From Candidatus Levybacteria bacterium RIFCSPLOWO2_02_FULL_37_18 (GTDB lineage Bacteria > Patescibacteriota > Microgenomatia > Levybacterales > UBA12049), in the NCBI GenBank assembly GCA_001784115.1, contig MFPD01000002.1, positions 1 to 62,563 of the forward strand: a DNA stretch of 62,563 bases, read 5' to 3'. Shown here piece by piece: positions 46,330-55,918 of this stretch. Below the pieces are notes generated by a model. That model saw only the letters and a program-made list of their open reading frames with translations, had not been told where the DNA came from and did not search any database. Within the stretch, counting starts at the first letter, position 1; every line of letters begins with the position of its first letter. The position numbers and the translations under genes were made by a program.

Positions 46330-47775
46330 CTACAACCATTTTTTCCCGTCACGTTCTATAAGGTCAAGTGCTTCCTTAGGTCCCCACGTACCCGGCTCAT
46401 ATATAAGAGGCTTTTGTGAACTTTTATGCCACCCAAGCAAAATCTGATTTATAAATTCCCAAGAGCTTTCCAGCTCATCCGAGCGATTGAAAAGCATTTG
46501 ATCCCCGTGTAGAATGTCTTGCAAAATCTTTTCGTACGCATCACTTCCTTTTGTCCCAAATTCCGAAGCATACGTAAATTTCATGTCAACTGTTTTTAAA
46601 GATAAAGTTGAACCCGGAACCTTAGCCACAACCCGCATGCCGATTCCCTCATCGGGTTGAATATGAATAGTTAGGACATTCCCTTCTTCCGGACACCCGT
46701 ATTCTTTAAATAAAATGTGGCACGTTTGTTTAAATACAATTGAAATTTTTACTTCATTTTTGTCTACATTTTTTCCTGCCCGAAGATAAAACGGTACTCC
46801 TTCAAACCTGGGGGTATCCACACAAAGTTTTAAAGCCACAAATGTCTCTGTAACAAAATTGGGGTCAACGTCTTTTTCTTCCAAATATCCCTTATATTGA
46901 GCCCTTACCACCAGTTTCCCAACTTCCTCCGGCTTGATGCATCGGATAGCTTCTATGGCATTAAACCGCTCGTCTCGAATTGCTTCTTTTTCAAAACTTC
47001 TGGGCTGCTCCATGGCAACTGCGGCAACGAGCTGCATTAAATGGTTTTGGGCAACATCCCGCAAAAGTCCTACTCCGTCAAAAAATTTTCCCCTTCCAGA
47101 AATTCCTTTTTTCTCACCCCAGATAATTTGTACGTGATCAATATGCTCTTTATTCCACACAGGCTCGAAAATACCATTGGCAAAACGAAATGCAATCATA
47201 TTCTGGACTGTTTCTTTTCCCAAATAGTGGTCTACTCGAAAAATCTGTTTTTCTTCAAAAATTTCGGCCAATTTTTTATCAAGATTTCGTGCGGTTTCCA
47301 AATCTTTTCCAAACGGCTTTTCAATTGCCAACCGCGTCCATTTTGCAGATCCTTGACTACAGCCTTCTGAAAGTTTTGTTGAACTTAAATAATTAAGGAT
47401 TGTTTCGTAATTATCAGGCGGAGTTGCTAAATAAAAAACTCTGGTAATACACGCGCCGACTTTTGCGTCAAAGGTATGTAACTTTTGGATTAACTGTTGG
47501 TACCCCTGTTGCTCATCGAATAAACCTCGTTGGTAATAAAGATTTTGAGAAAACTTCTTCCACTCACTCTGATAATACGTATTATTAGAGTGAATAGACT
47601 TCCTCATCAATTCTCGAAATGCTTCGTTGGTAAAGTCCCGTCTGGCAAAACCGACAATATAAAATTCTTGCCCGAGTTGATTTTGTCGATATAACGAAAA
47701 CAAAGCGGGAGTTAATTTATTTTTTGCAAGATCCCCAGTTGCTCCAAAGATGATAATTACGAAAGAACTATTCAT
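46330..47775 (-). CDS. zwf: glucose-6-phosphate 1-dehydrogenase
   Basis: GATGDLA, EKPFG, RVDHYLGKE, RDVAQNHLMQ. Confidence 0.97.
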   Translation of the reverse strand: MNSSFVIIIFGATGDLAKNKLTPALFSLYRQNQLGQEFYIVGFARRDFTNEAFRELMRKSIHSNNTYYQSEWKKFSQNLYYQRGLFDEQQGYQQLIQKLHTFDAKVGACITRVFYLATPPDNYETILNYLSSTKLSEGCSQGSAKWTRLAIEKPFGKDLETARNLDKKLAEIFEEKQIFRVDHYLGKETVQNMIAFRFANGIFEPVWNKEHIDHVQIIWGEKKGISGRGKFFDGVGLLRDVAQNHLMQLVAAVAMEQPRSFEKEAIRDERFNAIEAIRCIKPEEVGKLVVRAQYKGYLEEKDVDPNFVTETFVALKLCVDTPRFEGVPFYLRAGKNVDKNEVKISIVFKQTCHILFKEYGCPEEGNVLTIHIQPDEGIGMRVVAKVPGSTLSLKTVDMKFTYASEFGTKGSDAYEKILQDILHGDQMLFNRSDELESSWEFINQILLGWHKSSQKPLIYEPGTWGPKEALDLIERDGKKWL

Positions 47776-47784
47776 TATTTTCTA

Positions 47785-47915
47785 GAATTTCTAATCTCTA
47801 ATATCTAAATCCTAAACAAATTACAAATTTTCAAAATCTAAAATCCTAAACAGTTTTGTGTTTTGGTTATTTGTATTTTAATATTATTTAGAATTTATGA
47901 TTTGTGATTTAGGAT
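47785..47915. repeat. 7-mer-periodic hairpin element
   Basis: AATCTCT AATATCT AAATCCT AAACAAA ... TTATTTAG AATTTATG ATTTGTG ATTTAGG. Confidence 0.8.
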
Positions 47916-48637
47916 TTAATTAATACTGCTCGTACTGGTGAACCATCGGACGAAACTCTCAAAGGCAGGCATATCAACTTGTATTCTCCTTCTGGAACTT
48001 CTGATAGATCAAGTCCTTCCGCAATTACAATCCCTGCTTTTAAAAGAGCTGTGTGAACCGGATGTCCTGGATTTTTTTCTTTCTCAATTCCCAGAAAGTC
48101 TGTCCCTACTAAAACAGCTCCTTTTTTAAGGAGGTATTCTGCTCCTTTTAAAGAAAGTGATATATAGCTATCAGGAAATGTTGGTTGTTTAAGGAGTTTA
48201 TAATTTCCTGTTTTAAAAAGTATCCGATCTCCTTTTTTAATACTGAATTGAACGAGATCTTCTGGAAGAATTTCTAGATCATACGTCATTCTGGCAAGGT
48301 CGCCCAGGCGACCGCGTCCAGAATCTCTCTTTTTTTGATTCTGGAGTCCTCTGGATAAACCAGAGTCCCCAGAATGACGACTAAACATGTCTGCTAAATC
48401 CAAAACTCGGCACGGGCCAATTAGTTTTTCTAAATCTATCATATCAATATTTGATCCTTTTTCAACAAAATGTGAAGGAGCATCAATGTGAGTTCCTGTG
48501 TGGCTTGAAAAGGATAACTGGGAAAACCCAACGCCGTGACTTTTTACAGTAGTTTTTACTTCGATATGAGGTTTCGGATCACCCCACCACACAAGCATGT
48601 TGTCGTGAATTGGAAGGGTTATGTCATAAATCTTCAT
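47909..48637 (-). CDS. cyclase family (kynurenine formamidase-like) metallohydrolase with in-frame palindromic insert (48285-48378)
   Basis: HTGTHIDAPSHF, GTDFLGIE, HTALL, DGSPVRAV. Confidence 0.9.
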   Translation of the reverse strand: MKIYDITLPIHDNMLVWWGDPKPHIEVKTTVKSHGVGFSQLSFSSHTGTHIDAPSHFVEKGSNIDMIDLEKLIGPCRVLDLADMFSRHSGDSGLSRGLQNQKKRDSGRGRLGDLARMTYDLEILPEDLVQFSIKKGDRILFKTGNYKLLKQPTFPDSYISLSLKGAEYLLKKGAVLVGTDFLGIEKEKNPGHPVHTALLKAGIVIAEGLDLSEVPEGEYKLICLPLRVSSDGSPVRAVLIKS

Positions 48638-49860
48638 GGCCGAAATAGTTTTGAAACGTCTTTAAATGTAATGAGCAAAATAAGAGTAAGCAGCACAATC
48701 ATGCCAATTTGATGAATAAACCCCTCTATTCTTTGATTTACTTTTTTGCCAGTTATTCCTTCGATTGCAATAAAAAACAACCGCCCGCCGTCCAAAGCCG
48801 GAATGGGTAGAATATTAAATACAGCCAAAGACATGGACAAAACTCCGGCTAAATTCAAAACTCCTAATATTCTTTCTTTTACATCCGGAATTTGCACAAT
48901 CGTGCCAACCAACGAATAGATTCCAACCGGCCCTGCAACTCCTTCGGAAACCGGTGCCACTGTTTTTCTTTGTAAAGATACGGCAATGAGCCGCTTTAAG
49001 ATTTGAAAATTATATCCCATTAGATTTATCGGATGGACAATCCCGCTTAACAATTTTTGGCCTGGAGTTTTGTAATCTAAAACAGCTGTGATAGCGCCAA
49101 AAAACCCAATTCCCATTGCTCCTTCACCTTTTGGCGGATTGACCCGGGGGACTAACGCTTCCCGAGTTTCTTTTTGGGTTTTTATATCTTCAAATACAAT
49201 TGTAATTTCCTTGCCTTTGTTTTTATTGACAATAGCAACAAACTGCTTTAAATCAGTTACCTGTATTTCGTTGATTTTTTTAATTTTTGAAAGCGGAGCT
49301 AAACCTGCTTTTTGAGCCGGAGAATTTTTGGAAACACTGCTTACGACCAGTTCTGTCTTGTTAGTTTGAATAACACCTAAAAACGTATAATCTCCAAGTA
49401 ATGGAATTTCTGTTTTAAAATTTGAAATAAATAAAAATACATAGAATATCACTGCTGCTAATACCGCGTTCATAATAACTCCGGCCACAACAACCGCTAA
49501 TTTCTGAGGAGCAGACCGCGCATAAAACGCCCTCCTAACATCAGTATTAGGTATAGAGTATTGAGTATTAAGTATTTTTTTCTTTTTGCCTGATACTTTA
49601 TACTTGCTACTTGATACTGGCAGGCGGAGCCTGCCGGCTCCTGCTTCGTCTTCGCCGTATAACTTTACAAATCCTCCAATTGGGAGCCAATTTATGGAAT
49701 ATTCCGTCTCGCCTTTTTTTATAGAAAATGCTTTCGGTGGAAACCCAAATCCAAATTCTTCAACTTTAATTCCTAATTTTTTGGCAACCAAAAAATGCCC
49801 TAACTCATGGATGAGAACTAATACTGAAAGTATGAGTAGGAAAAGTAAAGCTGTTAACAT
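48634..49860 (-). CDS. rseP: RseP-like M50 intramembrane protease with PDZ domain and repeat-derived insert
   Basis: HELGH, GFGFPP, LPIGGFV, NILPIPALDGG. Confidence 0.92.
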   Translation of the reverse strand: MLTALLFLLILSVLVLIHELGHFLVAKKLGIKVEEFGFGFPPKAFSIKKGETEYSINWLPIGGFVKLYGEDEAGAGRLRLPVSSSKYKVSGKKKKILNTQYSIPNTDVRRAFYARSAPQKLAVVVAGVIMNAVLAAVIFYVFLFISNFKTEIPLLGDYTFLGVIQTNKTELVVSSVSKNSPAQKAGLAPLSKIKKINEIQVTDLKQFVAIVNKNKGKEITIVFEDIKTQKETREALVPRVNPPKGEGAMGIGFFGAITAVLDYKTPGQKLLSGIVHPINLMGYNFQILKRLIAVSLQRKTVAPVSEGVAGPVGIYSLVGTIVQIPDVKERILGVLNLAGVLSMSLAVFNILPIPALDGGRLFFIAIEGITGKKVNQRIEGFIHQIGMIVLLTLILLITFKDVSKLFRP

Positions 49861-49998
49861 AGACTATATTATATCAAATAAACAAATCAGTAGTGAATCA
49901 ACAAATAAATACCAATAATCCAATCAACTAATCAACAAATATTGGATAATTAGTTGATTTGACATTAGTTGATTAGATGATTTCTATTGGTAGTATTC

Positions 49999-50559
49999 TT
50001 ATATCTGTAGCAGCTCTTCCTCTTTTTTCTTCCCAAGCGTTTCAATTTCTGAGGTAACTTCATCAACTACCCTTTGCACTTCTTTTTCAAGCCGAAGCAT
50101 TATGTCTTCCGAAATATCTTTATTTGCATAATCTTTTTTAATCGCTGTCATGGCTTCTTGTCTGACGTGTCTTGTCATAATTTTCCCATTCTCTAGCTTT
50201 TGCCTCATAAGATGAATTAACTGTTGCCGTCTTTCTTCTGACAATTGCGGGATAGAAATGCGAATATTCTGCCCGTCAATAACCGGAGTAAGTCCTATAT
50301 TTGCTTCCATAATTCCCTTTTGAATTTCTCCGATTATTGATTGGTCAAAGGGTGTAATAAGAATTGTCTGATTATCTTGCACACCAATTGTTGCAAGCTC
50401 CATGATTTTCATTCGAGTTGAACCACCATATACCGATACAACTACATGATCTACTAATCCAGGTGTTGCCCGTCCGGTCCTGACAGTAGAAATATCTGTT
50501 TTTAACACTTCCAAAACCTTCGCCAGTTTTGCCTTTACTTCTTCGTCAAGCGGATCCAT
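49999..50559 (-). CDS. frr: ribosome recycling factor
   Basis: VRTGRATP, IPQLSEERR. Confidence 0.96.
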   Translation of the reverse strand: MDPLDEEVKAKLAKVLEVLKTDISTVRTGRATPGLVDHVVVSVYGGSTRMKIMELATIGVQDNQTILITPFDQSIIGEIQKGIMEANIGLTPVIDGQNIRISIPQLSEERRQQLIHLMRQKLENGKIMTRHVRQEAMTAIKKDYANKDISEDIMLRLEKEVQRVVDEVTSEIETLGKKKEEELLQI

Positions 50560-50622
50560 AGTTGCTAGTGTAGCAGAAAATAATTATCTTGAAAAGTGAA
50601 AGGAATTTTACACTCCCTCTTG

Positions 50623-51186
50623 TCATGTTTTTGAAGAAGCAACCTTAATACTTTCGAATCCACCAAATTCTTCCTGTCCTCCATCGTTAATTCTCATGTC
50701 CAAAGCCTCCCAATGTGCATCCTCTGCATGAGCAAGTGCTTCTTGTACTCTTTCCTCAAGAGATGGCACTTCTCTTCTTTGTCCTCTTCGGAATGCTTTT
50801 ATTAAATACCATGGCTGCCTTTCCAACTGAACCCAACCTGAAGATTTTGTATATTCTACATGCACTTTTCCATTTGAAGATGCTACAATACTTATACCTT
50901 TATATGTTTCTTCCACTCCAACGCCGGCAGCATATTTTTGTCTTCCCCACAATAAAATAAGTCTATTTTCATTTGGATTAACGCTTCGGTGCTGCTCAAA
51001 AAGAAATGGCATTTCAAATTCCTCACTTTTAAATCTTTCTCCTAAGGTTATAAAAATTTCTCCTCCCCCAACTTGTCTCATACGCTCCTGTGCCCTTTCA
51101 AACGCAGCAAATTGCGAAGAACTTTCTCCGGTAAGACGAAGCCTAATTTCTTGTGCTTTTCTTCCTAATGCCTCAAGTCTTTGCAT
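50623..51186 (-). CDS. hypothetical protein between tsf and frr
   Basis: ORF; the first 26 codons of the track ORF are repeat and were removed. Confidence 0.55.
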   Translation of the reverse strand: MQRLEALGRKAQEIRLRLTGESSSQFAAFERAQERMRQVGGGEIFITLGERFKSEEFEMPFLFEQHRSVNPNENRLILLWGRQKYAAGVGVEETYKGISIVASSNGKVHVEYTKSSGWVQLERQPWYLIKAFRRGQRREVPSLEERVQEALAHAEDAHWEALDMRINDGGQEEFGGFESIKVASSKT

Positions 51187-51212
51187 ATTTCTCCAAGTTC
51201 TAATCTTGTATG

Positions 51213-51249
51213 TACACCCTTGGGGTGGAAACGAGACTCCACCCGCGGA
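51213..51249. repeat. CACC-n-GGTG repeat (35/37 identical to 52735-52771)
   Basis: TACACCCTTGGGGTGGAAACGAGACTCCACCCGCGGA. Confidence 0.85.
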
Positions 51250-51267
51250 TTTTTTAAGATTCAATCT

Positions 51268-51726
51268 CTAGTATTCAATCTCCAGTCTTGAAAATCGTTT
51301 TAAAACAATATTTTCCCCTAATTTCGCGATTGTTTCCTTTATTAAGTCTTGAGCTGTTTTTGAACTGTCACGGATGTATTCTTGTTTAAGTAAAGTTTTA
51401 ACGTCTTTTGGGTTCATTGCAGACACTTGCAGCGCAATTTCATGAGCCAAATGTTTGAACTCATCTGTCCTTGCAACAAAATCAGTCTCGCACAATAGTT
51501 CCACAAGAACTCCGATGCGGCCATTTGCGTGAATATAAGACTCTATAATCCCCTGTAAGGTAGTTCTATCTGATTTCTTCTCCGCCTTTTCAATCCCATG
51601 CTTTGCCAGCCACTTGACAGCTCTTTCATAGTCATTATCTGTCTCTTCCAATGCCTTCCGACAATCTGCAATAGAGATTCCTGTTTCTGTCCGAAGCTGT
51701 TTTAGAAGTATTAAATCTGCTGCCAT
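51268..51726 (-). CDS. tsf: elongation factor Ts (short form)
   Basis: LRTETGISIADCRKAL, VELLCETDFVART, LGENI. Confidence 0.95.
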   Translation of the reverse strand: MAADLILLKQLRTETGISIADCRKALEETDNDYERAVKWLAKHGIEKAEKKSDRTTLQGIIESYIHANGRIGVLVELLCETDFVARTDEFKHLAHEIALQVSAMNPKDVKTLLKQEYIRDSSKTAQDLIKETIAKLGENIVLKRFSRLEIEY

Positions 51727-51739
51727 AATCCTCCCCTTG

Positions 51740-52621
51740 TCATGTTGAGCTCGATTCAGCATCCTTCTTTGGTTTTGCCTTTGTTTTCTTTTGGGTTGTC
51801 TTTTTCTTTTCTTCCTTTGCCTCAGCCGCGTTTGACGCTGTCTCCTCTTTAGCTTTTTGTTCTTTTGGTGCTCCATTTGATACCTTTGATACTTCTGGTA
51901 CTTTTGATACTTCTTTCGCTTGCTTTCTTCCCTCAATCCAAGCATCTACAATATGAACAACGATAAGCTTGAGACTTCCGACGGCATCATCATTTGCAGG
52001 TATGGGATAATCAATTACCAAAGGATCTGCATTGGTATCAACAATTCCAACCGTAGTAACTCCCATTTTTTGCGCCTCTCTTACCGCTAAGTCTTCCAAA
52101 TGAGTATCAATAATAAACAACGCGTCGGGGATTGCTTGTATAGTTGATACTCCGCCGTATAATCTTTCTAATTTTACTTTTTCTTTTTCCCAAAGTCCGA
52201 CTTCTCTTTTTGTATATTTGGCTTTTTCTTCATCATTCCTAATTTTTACTTCTAAATCTTTTAGTTTTTTGTAATTTTTTGCAACTTCTGAGAAATTAGT
52301 TAATGTCCCGCCGATCCATCTCTCGGTTGCGTAAAACAAACCGTCTGCACCTGTTTCATAAGCTCGCTTTATATTTTCGAGAACAAGAGGTTGAGCTTGC
52401 CTTTTGGTGCCGACAATAAGAAGGGTCCCTCCCCGCTGTGCAAGCAAACGAACGTACTGGGCAGCTTCGTCTAATCCTTTCTTGGTTTTGACAAGATCAA
52501 TAATGTGGATGTTATCCCTGGCTTCAAAAATAAAATCCCGGGCTTTGGGGTTTTGGCGGGTAACCTGGTGGCCAAAATGACAACCGGCTTCCAATAATTC
52601 TTCTAAAATTATTTCTCTCAT
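51740..52621 (-). CDS. rpsB: 30S ribosomal protein S2
   Basis: LLEAGCHFGH, RWIGGTLTN, PANDDA. Confidence 0.97.
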   Translation of the reverse strand: MREIILEELLEAGCHFGHQVTRQNPKARDFIFEARDNIHIIDLVKTKKGLDEAAQYVRLLAQRGGTLLIVGTKRQAQPLVLENIKRAYETGADGLFYATERWIGGTLTNFSEVAKNYKKLKDLEVKIRNDEEKAKYTKREVGLWEKEKVKLERLYGGVSTIQAIPDALFIIDTHLEDLAVREAQKMGVTTVGIVDTNADPLVIDYPIPANDDAVGSLKLIVVHIVDAWIEGRKQAKEVSKVPEVSKVSNGAPKEQKAKEETASNAAEAKEEKKKTTQKKTKAKPKKDAESSST

Positions 52622-52682
52622 AATCCTATAAACCTCCGTTCGATTCGTTCCGATTTTGGAATAGGATTACCATCGAACGTGT
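52621..52682 (-). promoter_or_regulatory. putative S2 (rpsB) autoregulatory leader
   Basis: Minus strand ACACGTTCGAT...ATCGAACGGAGG, plus TAATCCTAT/ATAGGATTA pairing onto the AUG. Confidence 0.6.
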
Positions 52683-52734
52683 TAAGATAGATACATCTTA
52701 TCAAAGTTTAAACAAGAATACAAGTGATTCGATT

Positions 52735-52771
52735 TACACCCTTGGGGTGGAAATGAGGCTCCACCCGCGGA
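52735..52771. repeat. CACC-n-GGTG repeat
   Basis: TACACCCTTGGGGTGGAAATGAGGCTCCACCCGCGGA. Confidence 0.85.
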
Positions 52772-52824
52772 AAACACCTCTTTCTTGCTTTTTAGAAGCA
52801 TTTGGCATACAATGGCTTTCTTGT

Positions 52825-53676
52825 ATGACAGCAGTACGCGAACTTCAGCCATCAATAATTGTTCCCGAAGAACCAATACCAGCGGTTTTCCAAAGACATC
52901 CGGAGCTTTTGGCAATCCCTCCGCATAAATTCCCAAACTCTGTACTTATTATTCCGGACGGCAATGGCAGGTTTGCCCAGACGCATGGCTTGCCCATTAT
53001 AGAGGGACACAAAGCAGGTGCAAAAGCTTTAAAAAAAGCAGTTGAATTTTTTGTTGAAATTCCTGAGATAAAACGGCTTGTTGTCTGGGGATTTTCTCAT
53101 GATAACTGGAAACGAGACGAAACAAGTCCCGGAGAAGTTGATGGAATTATGGCAGTAACTGAGGCAACTATTTTAGGAAGTTTGGAAATGTTTCATAAAC
53201 ATAAAATTAGATTTAGAAGGATCGGAAGGCCGGAAAGAATTCAAGAAGAATATAAGTCGCTTTGGCACACAATAATACAGGCAGAACAAGAAACTGCAGG
53301 CTATATAAATAAAGAGCTTGTTTTGGCACTGGATTTTAGCGGAAAAGACCAGGTAGAAAGAATGCTTGCAGAATTTGGCCGAATTTGTATGACTGGAATA
53401 AGTATTATGGATCCCAAAGAATCAGCAGCAATCATGGTTGATCTATTACGCGATGGAGGAGGCACGATAACTCCTGTTGATTTAGTAGCGCGAACCTCTG
53501 GAGAAAATAGAACATCTGACATTGGTTGGATTGGAGAAAACTCTGAATTTTTCCCTATAGAAAAATTGCTTCCCGATGTTACTGAAAAAGACTTTGCAGA
53601 TGTGTTAATTGATTATTCAAAAAGAGAAAGAAGATTCGGCGCCCGCCCCACACCGTCTACAAATAATACCGCTTAG
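52825..53676 (+). CDS. uppS: cis-prenyltransferase (undecaprenyl diphosphate synthase family)
   Basis: IIPDGNGRF, GHKAG, FSHDNWKR, ARTSGENRTSD; TTGCTT-17-TACAAT promoter. Confidence 0.85.
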   Translation: MTAVRELQPSIIVPEEPIPAVFQRHPELLAIPPHKFPNSVLIIPDGNGRFAQTHGLPIIEGHKAGAKALKKAVEFFVEIPEIKRLVVWGFSHDNWKRDETSPGEVDGIMAVTEATILGSLEMFHKHKIRFRRIGRPERIQEEYKSLWHTIIQAEQETAGYINKELVLALDFSGKDQVERMLAEFGRICMTGISIMDPKESAAIMVDLLRDGGGTITPVDLVARTSGENRTSDIGWIGENSEFFPIEKLLPDVTEKDFADVLIDYSKRERRFGARPTPSTNNTA

Positions 53677-53678
53677 TT

Positions 53679-53969
53679 TTATGCAGCTTCTGCAAACCTC
53701 TGAGGTAAAATTCCCGCTCTTTCAAAAACTGGGACAAGAGTAGGAACAGAATATGGCCGAGGTGCTATCCATACTACCCGTGGTTCTTGGTAAACTATAG
53801 GAAGCGGTTTACGATCATGTGTTCCATTTAAAGAAACAAGAGGAATATCGTTTGTCCTAACTTGTAACGCAAGACGAGTGTTGGAAGTATGACGATCTAC
53901 AAACCCTCTTCTATGTACCAAGAAATTGGTAAACGCCTTCTCGCTGTATCTACGCCGACATAGTTCCAT
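53679..53969 (-). CDS. hypothetical small protein
   Basis: ORF that fills the gap exactly; no motif. Confidence 0.35.
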   Translation of the reverse strand: MELCRRRYSEKAFTNFLVHRRGFVDRHTSNTRLALQVRTNDIPLVSLNGTHDRKPLPIVYQEPRVVWIAPRPYSVPTLVPVFERAGILPQRFAEAA

Positions 53970-54032
53970 AGTATCATTGATAGTATATCTCTGTTTTTTG
54001 AAAATGCAATAGGTATGCTATAATCCCCAGAT

Positions 54033-55119
54033 ATGACAACTGTAGAAACACACCCAGGAAGAAGAGAAGTCGAACCTTTTCCTTTTTCTCTTCCCATTGT
54101 TACCAGACTTGGAGACACTCCTATATCAAACGCAGATATAGAAGCATATGCTAAAAAAAAAGGCGTAACAACTGCAAGCGGAACACTTCTTACCGCAGAA
54201 AAAATATTCGCAAATACGGGAGTTTCCACACGTTTTGAATCTGGTCCTTTACAAACCCAGGAAAGCATGGCACGAAGTATAGCTGCAGAACTTGCAGAAG
54301 CTTATGGCGGCCCCCCGAATGCTATTGTTGTTTCAAGTAACCCACCCCCAGAGAAAAAATTTGGCGTTCGCAGGATGGAACGAGTTGCATCAAAGAGGAA
54401 TACTGGATGAACCTCCCACGGAAAGTAATAGGGTTCCTGGTCAGTACTTTGAAGTAAATGCCGCTTGTTCCGGTCTAGTGGTTGCGCTTGCTCACTTGTA
54501 CACACATGCTTCTTATTATCATGGAAAACTGGTCTATCTCATTGCTACCGAAGGAGGATATCGAAAAACGCTTCCGCCTCTTGAGGAGGATGATGGAGAA
54601 ACCGGCTCACTACAGAGAACTCTTTTTACAGATGGAGCTGCTGGGATACGAGGAAGATATGGAATTGATTTTACGATAGTAAAAAAACCGCTAATAAAGC
54701 TATTCTGTGATGCGGAAAAAACGCTTTGTATTCCTATGGCTCCTGCTTCCCCACCATCTTTTACTTTAGAAATTCCTCCGCCAAACGGAATTTTTCAACG
54801 AATGAAAGGAAATCCTGTATTCAAATGGACGAACAGAGAACTTCCTGCAGCGATCCGAGAAACTATTAAAGGTACTAACGCAAAAAAAGTAATTCTCCAC
54901 CAGGCAAACGGAAGAATTATCGAAATGCAACAAAGACTATTCCCTCATCTTGATTTTCCTAATCACATAAAAGATACCGGAAACACTTCCTCTGCGTCTA
55001 TTTTGTTTGCACTTTCCGAAGAGATAAAAAGAGGAACTATTTCAAAAGGAGAAGAAGTAGGACTTATTGGATTCGGCGGCGGGCTTATGATTGCGGGAGC
55101 AGTAGTAAAGTTTGGATAA
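54033..55119 (+). pseudogene. FabH/KAS III-like ketosynthase, one frameshift near 54340-54349
   Basis: Two overlapping ORFs; VNAACSG, ILHQAN, GNTSSAS (Cys-His-Asn triad), GFGGG. Confidence 0.8.
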
Positions 55120-55143
55120 ACTTTATTTTCTTATCGCTTCTTT

Positions 55144-55557
55144 TTAACCGAAACTTTTCAACGCCTGTACAAAGGAAAATTTTGTTTTTTCTTTAAATCG
55201 CCCGTCTGCGGTAATGAGTTTGGCTTTCCTTCTTTTGGCAATGACTGCATACAGCATGTCATACACTGAAGTTTTATACTTTTTAGCAAGCTTTCCTTAC
55301 TCAATAAGATCAACTTTTTCTTCTGTAGAAGTACCAAACTGAAGACTATAAAGAAATTCAAGGCTTTTTGTAATTGTCCTACTTGTGGTATCTGATTTTG
55401 TTGCCAAAGCGTTTGCAATTTCAATAAAGGCAAATTTTGGAACAACTATCTGCTCTTCTCCACGTTTAAACTTTTCGAACAAAAATAATGCAGGCTCACT
55501 TTCTTCTTCATCCGGTTTGACCCATTTAAAAATGACCGATGCATCAACTACAATCAT
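55144..55557 (-). pseudogene. PIN/VapC toxin with in-frame TAA at 55297-55299
   Basis: IVVDASV..E..NAL; the frame continues past the stop as GKLAKKYKTSVYDMLYAVIA..LITAD. Confidence 0.85.
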
Positions 55558-55799
55558 TATTCGTAGCGCATTTCAATAAGTGCTTTAGTGAGATTGCGTC
55601 CTTTGTTCTCTTTTATCATTGCCTTTTGAATTTCCAAAAGATCTTTATCAAGCTTTACCTCTTTATTTTTATACTTTTTTTTAGGTAAAACTCTTTCACG
55701 AATAATAGCGGCAACACTTTTTCTTTTTTTTGCTGCTTCCATTTTTAATTCCATATATTCTTCTTCGGGAAACCGAATGTTGGTAGTAATCCAATTCAT
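55557..55799 (-). CDS. ribbon-helix-helix antitoxin
   Basis: TTNIRFPEEEY..KSVAAIIRE; TAATG coupling to the toxin; TACAAT 6 nt upstream. Confidence 0.8.
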   Translation of the reverse strand: MNWITTNIRFPEEEYMELKMEAAKKRKSVAAIIRERVLPKKKYKNKEVKLDKDLLEIQKAMIKENKGRNLTKALIEMRYE

Positions 55800-55918
55800 A
55801 GTATGATTGTACAATGATACTAAAAACCTGTCAAAATGGAAAGAGGTTCTGTTTACTATAAGTTATTGACATTGGAATACCCCGGTGATATTCTTCCCGT
55901 TATCACTGTCCAAACGAT

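Noticed and set aside
51727-51945. Long basic N-terminal extension of EF-Ts
   Set aside because: It is an alternative frame of the rpsB 3' end; the true start is ATG 51726 (MAADL...).
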